In this document: positions 47,377 through 57,114 of the stretch, piece by piece
Numbering within the stretch: position 1 is the first letter of the stretch
How the letters are laid out: each line of letters begins with the position of its first letter
Source: an uncultured Candidatus Rokubacteria bacterium
Lineage (GTDB): Bacteria > Methylomirabilota > Methylomirabilia > Rokubacteriales > CSP1-6
Direction of reading: 5' to 3'
NCBI GenBank assembly: GCA_963747235.1
Contig: CAVVEU010000033.1
Span: 320,001-384,000, forward strand
Length of the DNA stretch: 64,000 bases
The notes under the pieces: generated by a model
The model's database searches: none
Told to the model about the DNA's origin: nothing
What the model saw: only the letters and a program-made list of their open reading frames with translations
Translations under genes and position numbers: made by a program

Positions 47377-48639
47377 CTAGTCGGTCGTGCGGTACTGACT
47401 CGGCGGCACCAGGCGGTACTTGGCGGGTCCGCCTTCACCACCAAGTCGGCGTAGTCGCGGTCGAAGTTGCCGCGTTTGCCGGACGGGATGTGCTCGAGCA
47501 CCTCGACGCCGCGGATGTAGTAGCTGAAGCCCTTGTTGGCGCGGTCGTAGGCCTCGCTCTGCCCGCGCGCGGCCGAGCGAAGGATCTCGCCGGTCTGGCG
47601 CATCTTGTTGGCGGCGTCCTGCATGCGGTCGCGCAGCATCTGCTGGTTGAGCGACCACGAGCGCCACACGTTCAGCATCAGCGCGAAGTCGCGCTGGAAG
47701 ACGCCGTCGGGCGCGGCCACCGTGGAGTAGTAGTAGGCCCAGGAGTTGTTGTCGATAGGCGCGGTGTTGACCAGCCCGAAGTGGTAGTACGGCCGGCCGG
47801 CGATGCGCGAGCGGGCCAGGATATAGGCGGCCTGGCCCGCGCCGGTGGGCGGCGGCGTGTTGACAGCGCTCCAGCACCTCGACGTTGGTCGTTCCCTGCC
47901 CGCCGCGGGCCGCCGTCTGCTGCGAGATCGCCTGGCTCACCACCGGCACGGCCGCGGCCGGGTCGGCGATGAAGGGCAGATAGATCGCGCCGGCGACCGG
48001 GCCCACGAAGGTGGGCCGCACGATGATCGGGAGGTAGATGCCCACGTCCACGAGCTGGCCCTGCGGGCCCGCCACGTCCACCGCGCCGTTGGCGTAGCCG
48101 CTGATGCGCCAGCCCGGCGGCACGCCGATGGCCGCCTTGCCGTCGGGCGTGGTCTGCTGCTGGAGCGCCACCGGCCGCTGGGCCGGCCCGCCGCCGGGCA
48201 CCTGGATGCCGCCGAGCTGGCGGGCCATGGCCGGGAACGAGCGGACGATGTCCGCGGGCCGGTCGAAGAGGATCGCGACGCCGCCCCCGCCGCCGTCGTT
48301 GAGCTGCACGATCACGGCACCGCGCACCGGGGTGCCCTGCAGGCGCGCGTCGAAGAAGGCCATGATGCCGCGGTCGGCGGGATCGCCGACGGCGCTCGAG
48401 ACCGCCGGCGCGCCGTCGAAGTAGCCGCGCAGGGCGCCCAGCATGCCGCCCAGGACCGCGGCGGCGGAGCGGGCGTTGCCGCTGAAGGTGCCGGCGAGGG
48501 TCCGGCCGCCGGTGGGGCCGTTGACGGAGGCGAAGCCCGAGGGCGGCGGCCGCTCCGGCAGGGACGCCGCGCGCACGATGGCCGCGGGGAGGACGAGGCC
48601 TATCGCGAGCACGGCGATGAGGAGAGGTTTGCTGGTCAC
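47377..48639 (-). CDS. Hypothetical secreted protein, frameshifted near 47865 and 47425
   Basis: Signal peptide MTSKPLLIAVLAIGLVLPAA; coding-like sequence continues into ORF 47256-47720. Confidence 0.7.
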   Translation of the reverse strand: MTSKPLLIAVLAIGLVLPAAIVRAASLPERPPPSGFASVNGPTGGRTLAGTFSGNARSAAAVLGGMLGALRGYFDGAPAVSSAVGDPADRGIMAFFDARLQGTPVRGAVIVQLNDGGGGGVAILFDRPADIVRSFPAMARQLGGIQVPGGGPAQRPVALQQQTTPDGKAAIGVPPGWRISGYANGAVDVAGPQGQLVDVGIYLPIIVRPTFVGPVAGAIYLPFIADPAAAVPVVSQAISQQTAARGGQGTTNVEVLERCQHAAAHRRGPGRLYPGPLAHRRPAVLPLRAGQHRAYRQQLLGLLLLHGGRARRRLPARLRADAERVALVVAQPADAARPHAGRRQQDAPDRRDPSLGRARAERGLRPRQQGLQLLHPRRRGARAHPVRQTRQLRPRLRRLGGEGGPAKYRLVPPSQYRTTD

Positions 48640-48646
48640 GCTCGAT

Positions 48647-48686
48647 CCGGGAGCGCCATCCTAGGACGGCGCTCCCGGCGAGTCAA
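48647..48686 (-). promoter_or_regulatory. Sigma70-type promoter overlapped by a 32-bp palindrome
   Basis: TTGACT-17 nt-TAGGAT; CCGGGAGCGCC(A)TCCTAGGA(C)GGCGCTCCCGG at 48647-48678. Confidence 0.6.
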
Positions 48687-48689
48687 CGC

Positions 48690-50799
48690 CTACTCCTCGG
48701 CGACGGTGACCGGGACCACCTCGACCTCGGCGTACTCCGTGTCGCAGGTCGGCGGACCGATTGGCTCGAGGCCTCCCTCATTGACGACCTGCCGGGTGTG
48801 CCGGGCAGACACATCGCGCACGAGGCGTCCCACCACCTGTCCGACCCGGTTGACATCCTCGGCGACGAATCCGGCCCGGGGGTCCACACACCCGGACACG
48901 GTGTCCGCCCCACACAGGACTGTGTCCCGCCCGTTGTCGTCCCGGATGAACGTGATGAGATTGACTCCGTAGATCACTTGCACGAAGTCCGCCAGCCCGT
49001 TGCCCAGCGGAGCCGTCTGCTGGAAGAATCCATGCGGCTGATGAGTGAAGAGCGGCTGCTCCGTGCATGCCTCGATGCGCTCCGGCCACGCCGCCAGGAT
49101 CAGCGGAATCGGGATGGTCACCTGTCGCTGCGCATCGAGGTCCGTCGTCTGGACGATCCGGCCGCCCTCGATGCTGCTCGAGAACGTGCTCGCTCCCGCC
49201 CAGTACATCGGAAAGAGATTGACGGCCGGGATGAACAGCACCGTCCGACCGGGCTTCCAGGCCAGCTGGACCCGCCCATCCTGATCGGTCACACCCGAGC
49301 TCAGCACCGCTCCGCTCTGCACGTCGATCGCCTGGACGGCGGCCTCCCTGATGGGGCGTCCCGTCGCTCCGCTTGACCAGGCGGGCCACCATCATCGGCT
49401 CGATGAAGACCTGCCGTCCCACGACCGCGTCTCGCTCGCTCCCGAGGGCGCCGCGGAACACCAGCATGTACTTCCCGGGCTCCTTCGCAGGCGGGCTGCT
49501 CGGCGCCGACGAGCCTGGAGATCCTCGACGAATGCCGACGGCGCAAGCGACTCTCGTCCACTGCGCTCCCGGCACGGGGCGCCGAGTGTCGCTGCCGTCG
49601 TCGTAGTACAAGGTGAACGTCCCGTCCATGGCCTCGTCACTGCCGTTCCGGAGCCCGAACGACAGATCGTTCCCGGATGCGACTCATGAGCCCACGGAAG
49701 AAGTAGTCGAGGAGGGCCGTCGAGTAGGCGACTGCTCGGGGCACGAGCCGCTGGGCATAGTCACGATAGACGGCCTCATCGAGCGCGGGGCTCTCCCGGA
49801 ATCGCGTCCAGTCGAGGTTGAACTGCTGCTGATAGTCGCGGAGCAGCCCGACGGTGGCCAGGCGATAGCCAGTGGCGCCGTCGGCCGTCTTGACGAAGTA
49901 CCGGCGCTTGACGGTCGCTCCCCTGAATGGTCACGTCGAAGTCCTGCTCCGTCACACTCGATCGATTCGGGTACGGAAACCGCTTCAGCGGGTCGACGTC
50001 GTTCTCGGTGAAGATCCGATCCTCGCTGAAGAAGTTCGCGTTCGTGTACTCGGCCAGGCCGATGAGCGCCCCCGTGGTGACCGCTGGGATTCCCGCCGAC
50101 GTATCGGTCGGTGTCGATCAGCCGCGCGGTGGCCACCGGTGCCAGCGGGTTGCTGTCGAGCGCCTGCCAGCCAGGATCGGGCACGCCGGGCGTGTCGGGT
50201 GAACCGGCAAGCCACGCAGCGAAGGTACTCTCGATCTTGTCCGTCGAACCTGATCGACCAGCGACTCGTAGTTGTAGAGGGCGTGCGGGTCGTTCCGCGT
50301 GTGCGCGGGTGACGCCGCATCCTGGACCAGATGCACCTGCCGGCCCAGGCCCTCGAAGGTTCTCGTCAGCCTTGCCTCCCGGTCGGAGCGAGTCGGCCTG
50401 GTCAGCGCATCGAAGTACGCGTTGCGCACGTCCTGCCAAGACCAACCCGATAGGCTCGTGTTCTGGCCCCAAAGAATGGACGACTGACCGACGCTTCCCA
50501 GCAGGCCCGCCGCCGACCAGTCTGCGAGTGGGTTGTGGAAGTGATTGAGGAACCGAAGAAAGTTGTCCTCACTTCGCCCGCCTTGACCGAGCCAAGTCGG
50601 TCAACACTTGACCACGAATGGCTGTGCCAAGGCCGCCGTCAACCCAAGTCGGACGCGGAGAATTTCATCCAACGAAGAACGCCCACCAGCGATTCGGGTA
50701 ATCGCTTCGTGTGTCGCAATCTCGTACCCGCTCGCAGCGGTGGTAGTGAGCAAGGGATACCCCAGGCCGAGCATTGCCAGACATCACATTTCGTTTCAT
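48690..50799 (-). CDS. Secreted protein with N-terminal Zn-phospholipase C/S1-P1 nuclease-like domain; many frameshifts
   Basis: Reconstructed signal peptide, then YEIATHEAI, EDNFLRFLNHFHNP, GRQVHLVQDAASPAHTRNDPH, GLAEYTNANFFS, LVPRAVAYSTALLDYFFRG. Confidence 0.7.
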
Positions 50800-50801
50800 A
50801 G

Positions 50802-51398
50802 CTACTCCGGTGGAGACAGTGGTTCAAGGCCAATCGCGACTCTTTCCGCGTTGAACCTGCGCACGAAGCTCAGGAAGATCCTTGAAGGGCGTGTCCGAGT
50901 AGCTGTGCGGATCGAAGAGGAAGAGATGCTTCCGTCGCTCCTCCCTCCCTCCGAGGCGTGGCAACTCGACGATCGCTCCCGGCCGTTCGAAGATGCCGCC
51001 GATGAATCCTGTTGGCGACACGTGGCCTCTCGGAAACGATCCATACCCGGGCTGAAAAATCAGGAACTCCGGATGGTATGTCCGGCCGGGAGCTCCCTCC
51101 TCCACGTCCTTGGCGTCCAGGACGAACCGTCCTTCCGAATCGGTGACCGTCTCCCGAACGGCGTAGTGCTCGGACACCGAGTGAAACGGATACACGCGGT
51201 TCCGTCGCCAGAGCGCCACGACCACGGCACCGGCCAGCGGAGCCTTGGTCGCCGCGTCGATCACCTGCCCCCGGTACGGCCCGCGCGGGCGACCCAGGTA
51301 CCGGTCCCTCAGCTCGGTTTCCTGCGACCAGGCCGCCATCGGGCCACAGCCGTGACAAGCACGCAGCACAGCGCAACCACCCGAACCCAGGCCCTCAT
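50802..51398 (-). CDS. Small secreted protein with carboxypeptidase-regulatory-like (transthyretin-fold) domain, paralog B; frameshifted
   Basis: GPYRGQVIDAATKAPLAGAVVVALW...ETVTDSEGRF...IFQPGY. Confidence 0.75.
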
Positions 51399-51998
51399 CG
51401 CCCACCCGGGGCAGCCGGCTTCATGGGCTTGCGCGCCGAGGCTCTCCAGCTCGAAGCGGATCAGCTCCGAGGTCTCGGGCAGCTCCGTCGGCGGGAAGAG
51501 CTGGGCGGCGCTGAGCATCGCGACGAAGGTGTTGAAGGCCTCGGCGCGATCCTCATAGTCCGTGACCGGCGTGAGCCGCGCCGATGCCCCCGCCTCGGCG
51601 AACCGCGCGGCGGCGACGCCGGGCGGGAAGAGCTGCGGCCGACTCGGCAACGGCGCGTACCCCGGCCGGAAGACCACGATGCGCGGGGCGAATGTCCGGG
51701 GCGGCAAGCGGCCCTCCACGCTCGCCACGTCGTGGACGAACTCGCCATGCTCGTTCGTGAAGACCTCGCGCGCCCCGGAGAGGCGCCGCAGGCCCTGGAT
51801 CTGGTCGTCGAGGCGCTGCCACAGGATGATCACCGCGGCCGACGGCAGGGGCTGCCCGGTCTTGTCGTCCACGACCACGCCCCGATAGGGCCCCGCCGAG
51901 GGCCGAAGCGGCGTGTCGTCATCCTGCGCGGCGCTCCGCCCCGCGCCGACCAGCACCGTGAGCATGATCGCTGCGATCAGAACACGCGTAGTCGCCAT
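51395..51998 (-). CDS. Small secreted protein with carboxypeptidase-regulatory-like domain, paralog A
   Basis: GPYRGVVVDDKTGQPLPSAAVIILW...EVFTNEHGEF...VFRPGY; 3' end assumes one indel near 51430. Confidence 0.75.
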
Positions 51999-54538
51999 AC
52001 ACCGTCCGTGTCGATGACGAAGAGAACGTGGAAGGAGTAGAGAGTGCCCCGCTGGACCGCCTTCAGCTCGTACTCGGCCGCACGGTCGAGCACCTTGACC
52101 GGAGTGATGGCGCCGAGGGCAGCCGCCACCTGCGGCAGCGCGCCGACGCCCGCCAGCGCGGTGAGCTGATCGCGGTAGGCGTCGCGGGAAGCGCCCGCGA
52201 AGAGGGCCACCGCGGCCGGCACGTCGGCCCGGCTCAGCGCGTCGCGGAGCCCGCTCCACCGTGCCTGGAGCAGCGTCTCGAGGGCGGCCGGGTCGAGCAC
52301 CTGGACCAGCCCGGCGGCGGTGACGGCCGCGCCTTGATCGTCGACGACGCGCACGCGCGGGTAGAAGAGCCCCGGCGCGGTATAGGTGAACGTCTGGCCG
52401 TCGAGCGTGGGGCCGTCGAAGTCCATCTGCCCGTCGCCATCGAAGTCCAGCTCGATGCGCGCGGGAACGGGCCCGCCGATCAGAGAGAACGAGGTCGTCA
52501 GCGGCACGCCTCCTGTCCCAGGATGAGCGCGGAGCGCCAGAGCGTTCTCGCCGAGGTCGACCACGGTGACCGTGACGGCATGCGTGGCCGTGCCCCCCGA
52601 CTCGGTCGTGGCCACGGCGGTGAGCGTGACCGACGGTGCCGTCACCGGCACCATGGCCGCGAACGAGCTCCCCTGCCTCGCCGCCACGACCCCATTGACG
52701 GTGACACCCACATCGATGCCACCAGGAGCGACCGTACCACGGACCAGCAGGAGTCCCGAAGGAACGGTCGCGCCGCCGGCCGGCTCCGTGATCGCCACCT
52801 GCACGCCGCCGCCCACCGTGAAGGTCCGGCGCGCCGGGGAGGGATCCTCGTTGCCCGCCAGGTCGCGCGCCTTCACCTCGAACGCGTGGGATCCCGAGCC
52901 GAGGCCGGCCAGCGTGGCGCTGGTGGCCGCGGCGAACGGGGTGAAGGCGCCCCCGTCGAGCCGCCAGGCGAAGGCCAGCCCGGCGGCCGCGGTCAGGTTG
53001 TCCGTGCCGACGAACGTGAACGTGGCGGACGGCTCGCTGACCGTGTCGACCGGCCCGCCGGTGATCTGCGTGTCCGGCGGGGTGTTGTCCACGATCACCG
53101 TCCGGCTCGCGGTCCCCGCGTTCTGCGCCTGGTCCATGACCGTCGCCGTCAGCGTGTGGATCCCGTCCGCCACCGTGGCCGTGTTCCAGGATGCGGTCGC
53201 GGTGATCGGGCTCGCCGGGGGTTGCGGCACGAGGGTCGCGGTCAGCTCCTGGGTGGCGCCACGCAGGGTGACCGTCGCCACCGCCCCGCCCGCGTCCGTC
53301 GCCAGCGCCTGGACCGTGACGGGGCCGCGCAGGTGCGCGTTGGCGGCGGGGGCCTGGAAGACCACCGCGGGCGGCTGGCCGTCACTCCGCGCCTCCGCCG
53401 CGCCGATGTCGAAGCGCGCCGGGCCGCCCGCGCTCCCGGCGGCCGGTCGCACCGATTCGCCGAGGTAGTCCGCCTCGAAGCGCGCGTTGAGATCGGGCGT
53501 CAGCACGGTGCGCGGATCGAGGCCGCGGTCGATCAGCGGCGACGCCGCCGCCGGGGTTGGATCGTCGTCGAGCGAGCCCGAGGCGTGGTCGGCGCCCGCC
53601 AGGTCCCGATAGACGAGCGCGGGATTGTCGCATCCGGGGCTCGCCGTCACGCCGGGGCCCTCGGACCCGCTGGGCGTGAGATTGGCGCCGTCGGCGCCGT
53701 CCAGCACCGGCCCGGCGATCTCGCCGAGCCGGTTGCCGCAGATCAGGTTGTTGCGGAGCACGATCGCCAGGGGCAGCGGCGCGGTCTCCCGCCTCACGCC
53801 CACCCGGCCGCCGGTGGAGCCCGTATGAGCCCCGTTGCCGGTGATGGCATTGTTGATGAGCAGGAAGACGTGCGACCGCGTCGCGCTGACTCCGTTCCAG
53901 CCATTGCCGTGGATCGTGTTCTGCACGAGGGTGTGCGGCCCGCCTTCTCCGTCGAGCGTCGCGATGCCGTTGCGGCCGTTGGCGAGCACGAGATTGTTGA
54001 CGATCAACGTGCCGACGTTCCCGGCGCCGATCGTGATGCCGCCGTCGCACCCCGTGCCGCCGTTGCCCACGATGCGGTTTCGCTCGATGTGCACCGCGAG
54101 ATTGCGATCGCCGCCGCCCGCCAGCGCGATCGCGGCGCCGCCGGCGCCCGTGATGGTCAGCCCGCGGATGGTGACGAAGCGCGATTGCCGGATCTGGATG
54201 GCGTGCCCGGCCGCGCACTGGCTGACCGCGCCACGCAGCACCACGCTGCCGACCGCCGCCGCCGGATCGGCCTGGATCCGGATGCGCGTCGCCGGATTCG
54301 TGGCGCTCGAGTTCTTGGCATTCACGCTGACCTGCTCGACGTAGCTGCCGGCCTGGATCTGGACCGTGTCGCCGGGCTGCGCGGCGTTCACCGCGGCCTG
54401 GATGCTGCCGTAGCAGGGCGCGGCGCCGCCGCAGGTGACGTCCGTGCGGTTGACGTGGCGAACGATGCCCGCCTCGCCCAGACCGGCGGCCGCAACCGTG
54501 AACAGGATCCCGTGGAGAAGCCCGATGATGATGCGCAT
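51977..54538 (-). CDS. Large secreted protein: right-handed beta-helix, Ig-like repeats, PKD domain, C-terminal alpha/beta domain
   Basis: SIQAAVNAAQPGDTVQI, Asn-ladder repeats, VDNTPPDTQIT, LDFDGDG...YTAPGLF, LQARWSGLRDAL...DTDGVWR. Confidence 0.85.
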   Translation of the reverse strand: MRIIIGLLHGILFTVAAAGLGEAGIVRHVNRTDVTCGGAAPCYGSIQAAVNAAQPGDTVQIQAGSYVEQVSVNAKNSSATNPATRIRIQADPAAAVGSVVLRGAVSQCAAGHAIQIRQSRFVTIRGLTITGAGGAAIALAGGGDRNLAVHIERNRIVGNGGTGCDGGITIGAGNVGTLIVNNLVLANGRNGIATLDGEGGPHTLVQNTIHGNGWNGVSATRSHVFLLINNAITGNGAHTGSTGGRVGVRRETAPLPLAIVLRNNLICGNRLGEIAGPVLDGADGANLTPSGSEGPGVTASPGCDNPALVYRDLAGADHASGSLDDDPTPAAASPLIDRGLDPRTVLTPDLNARFEADYLGESVRPAAGSAGGPARFDIGAAEARSDGQPPAVVFQAPAANAHLRGPVTVQALATDAGGAVATVTLRGATQELTATLVPQPPASPITATASWNTATVADGIHTLTATVMDQAQNAGTASRTVIVDNTPPDTQITGGPVDTVSEPSATFTFVGTDNLTAAAGLAFAWRLDGGAFTPFAAATSATLAGLGSGSHAFEVKARDLAGNEDPSPARRTFTVGGGVQVAITEPAGGATVPSGLLLVRGTVAPGGIDVGVTVNGVVAARQGSSFAAMVPVTAPSVTLTAVATTESGGTATHAVTVTVVDLGENALALRAHPGTGGVPLTTSFSLIGGPVPARIELDFDGDGQMDFDGPTLDGQTFTYTAPGLFYPRVRVVDDQGAAVTAAGLVQVLDPAALETLLQARWSGLRDALSRADVPAAVALFAGASRDAYRDQLTALAGVGALPQVAAALGAITPVKVLDRAAEYELKAVQRGTLYSFHVLFVIDTDGVWRLRVF

Positions 54539-54550
54539 GCCGTCCGCAAG

Positions 54551-54566
54551 AGCAGCGCGCGTGCCA
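54551..54566 (-). promoter_or_regulatory. Sigma54-like promoter of the secreted cassette
   Basis: TGGCACGCGCGCTGCT (GG-N10-GC), 12 nt upstream of ATG 54538. Confidence 0.55.
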
Positions 54567-54743
54567 CGACACGCCAGGATCCGATCGGCAAGCGTCACAG
54601 GGGTTTGGATCGGCGCGGCGGACGCCACTTCACAGCCGGCATTGCACTGACGCCCCGTTCAGTGCCCCGCGCGCAGGGCACTCGTCGGCGGTGGCCGAGC
54701 CCTGGCGCTTGCCGTACACTCCGCGAGGGAGGAGAGAGCCTCG

Positions 54744-55616
54744 GTGAAGCTACCCCGCGACCGCTTCGACTACTCGCCCATCGCCGCCCGCCCGCCGTGG
54801 TCTCTCCCCAAAGGCGCCCGCATCGCGGTGTGGACCATCGTCAACATCGAGGAGTGGGACATCGAGAAGGCGATGGCGCGCCAGTACCTCACCGCGCCCC
54901 AGGGCGTGGCCACCGTGCCCGACGTGCCCAACTGGGCCTGGCACGACTACGGGATGCGGGTGGGGTTCTGGCGGCTGCTGGACGCGCTCACCAAGCGGAA
55001 GATCCGCGCCACCACCGCCATCAACGCCCACGTGGTGGAGTCCTACGAGCCGGTGGCCCGCGCCATGCTGGACGCCGGCTGGGAGTTCATGGCCCACGGG
55101 GTCGTCCAGGGCGCGATGCATCTGCTGCCCGATCAGCCCGCCGCCATCCGCCAGGCCATCGAGCTCCTGCAGAAGTTCACCGGCAAGAAGCCCAAGGGCT
55201 GGCTCGGCCCCGGCCTCACCGAGACGTGGGAGACGCTCGACTACCTGGCCGCCGAGGGGATCGAGTACGTCTCCGACTGGGTGAACGACGATCAGCCCTA
55301 CGAGATCCGCACGAAGTCGGGGCCGCTCGTCTCCGTGCCCTACACGCTCGAGCTGAACGACATCCCGATGATGGTGATCCAGCACCACACGTCGGGCGAG
55401 TGGCTGCAGCGCGCGAAGGACCAGTTCGACCGGCTCTACGCCGAGGGCGCCAAGAACCCGCGGGTGATGGCGCTGGCCGTGCATCCGTATATCTCCGGCG
55501 TCCCGCACCGCATCAAGTACTTCGAGGCGGTCTACGACTACATGCGCAAGAAGCCCGGCGTGTGGTTCACCACCGGCGAGGAGATCTACGAGTGGTACCG
55601 CCGCGGGCGCAAGTGA
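54744..55616 (+). CDS. Polysaccharide deacetylase-family (PuuE-like) hydrolase
   Basis: VNIEEW, DYGMRVGFWRL, MAHG, GWLGPG, DDQPY, ELNDIP, VHPY. Confidence 0.9.
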   Translation: MKLPRDRFDYSPIAARPPWSLPKGARIAVWTIVNIEEWDIEKAMARQYLTAPQGVATVPDVPNWAWHDYGMRVGFWRLLDALTKRKIRATTAINAHVVESYEPVARAMLDAGWEFMAHGVVQGAMHLLPDQPAAIRQAIELLQKFTGKKPKGWLGPGLTETWETLDYLAAEGIEYVSDWVNDDQPYEIRTKSGPLVSVPYTLELNDIPMMVIQHHTSGEWLQRAKDQFDRLYAEGAKNPRVMALAVHPYISGVPHRIKYFEAVYDYMRKKPGVWFTTGEEIYEWYRRGRK

Positions 55617-56712
55617 GCCGAGCCTGCTCGCGCTGCTGCTGGCGCTGCTCGCGTGGCCGGCCGTCGCCGGCGCGCAGAACGAGCCGCCGTTGAAAGTCCC
55701 CGCGGGCTTCGCCATCGAGGTGTTCGCGGCCAAGGTGGGCAGCCCGCGCTTCATGGCGCTGGACCCGGCGGGCACCTTGCTGGTCTCGGAGCCGGCGCGC
55801 GGGCGCGTGCTGGCCCTGCCCGACAAGAACGGCGACGGCAAGGCCGACGGCATCCAGACCGTGGTGGACGGCCTCGACCAGCCGCACGGCCTGGCCTTCA
55901 GGGACGGCGCGCTCTACGTGGCGGAGAACGGCCGCGTGCAGCGCTTCCGCTACGACCCGGCCACGCTGAAGGCCACGCAGCCCACCGTGATCGTGCCGGG
56001 CCTGCCCGCGGGCGGCGGGCACTGGACGCGCACCGTGGTCTTCGGCCCCGACGGCGCGATGTACGTCTCGGTGGGCTCCTCCTGCAACGTGTGCCGCGAG
56101 AGCGACAAGCGCCGCGCCGCGGTGCTGCGCTACAACGCCGACGGCTCGGGCGAGCGCATCTTCGCCTCCGGCCTGCGCAACGCGGTGGGCCTGGCCTTCC
56201 AGCCGGGCACCGGCGCGCTCTGGGCCACCGTGAACGAGCGCGACTGGCGGGGCGACGACGTGCCGCCCGAGATGATCACCGAGGTGCGCGACGGCGCCTT
56301 CTACGGCTGGCCCGATTGCCTGACGGTGGGCGGCAAGGCGATCCCGGACGATCGCTTCGAGAAGGGCGCGCGCTGCGACCGCGTGACGCCGCCCACCGTG
56401 GAGATCCAGGCGCACTCGGCGCCCATCGGCCTGGCCTTCTACACCGGCACGCAGTTCCCGGCGGAGTATCGCGGCAGCCTCTTCGTGGCCTATCGCGGCT
56501 CGTGGAATCGCACCGTGCCCACCGGCTACAAGGTGGTGCGCGTGCGCTTCCGGGACGGCAAGCCGGCGGGGGTGGAAGACTTCGCCACCGGCTGGCTCGA
56601 GGGCGCCTCGGCGTGGGGGCGGCCGGTGGATCTCATCGTGGGGCGCGACGGCGCGCTCTACCTGTCCGACCAGGGCGCGGGCCGCATCTATCGCATCAGC
56701 CACCGGACCTGA
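55613..56712 (+). CDS. Glucose/sorbosone dehydrogenase-family beta-propeller, frameshift near the start
   Basis: HWTR, VGSSCN, GLRNAVG, FYGWP, AHSAPIG, GSWNR, GRPVD. Confidence 0.9.
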
Positions 56713-56727
56713 CCGCACAATCCTTCC

Positions 56728-57114
56728 ATGACCCAGGTCCAGGTGGCGATCTCGCTCACCGCGTTCGGCTTCGAGCCGCGCCCCGCCACCGCGGTGGTGA
56801 TCGAGCAGTCCACCGCCGAGCGCGTCGCCCGCGTCTTCACGGGGCTCGGCATGTTCTGGGCGCTGGCCCTGGGTGGCCTCTTCATCCCGATCGCGCACTT
56901 CATCCTGGTGCCGACCTTCCTCACCGCCGGCGTCATCATGGCCGTGAAGCGCTCGCGGGAAGACCGCCGGCTCGCGGAAGTGCGCGGCCCCTGCCCGCGC
57001 TGCGGCGCGCAGCAGACGTTCAAGGCGGGCGGCCGCTTCGAGACCGGCAAGAGTCTCGACTGCCCCGCCTGCCACGGCACGTTCGCGCTGGCCGTTCCGG
57101 ACTCGGCCTCATGA
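56728..57114 (+). CDS. Small membrane protein with C-terminal Zn ribbon
   Basis: Two TM segments, CPRC...CPAC. Confidence 0.7.
   Translation: MTQVQVAISLTAFGFEPRPATAVVIEQSTAERVARVFTGLGMFWALALGGLFIPIAHFILVPTFLTAGVIMAVKRSREDRRLAEVRGPCPRCGAQQTFKAGGRFETGKSLDCPACHGTFALAVPDSAS

Noticed and set aside
54600-54740. Riboswitch upstream of the secreted cassette
   Set aside because: Hairpins are present but I see no recognisable aptamer motif, and they lie upstream of the predicted TSS
52028-55693. 1221-aa plus-strand ORF and similar Arg/Ala/Gly-rich ORFs
   Set aside because: Shadow frames caused by high GC; no motifs, and they overlap well-supported genes
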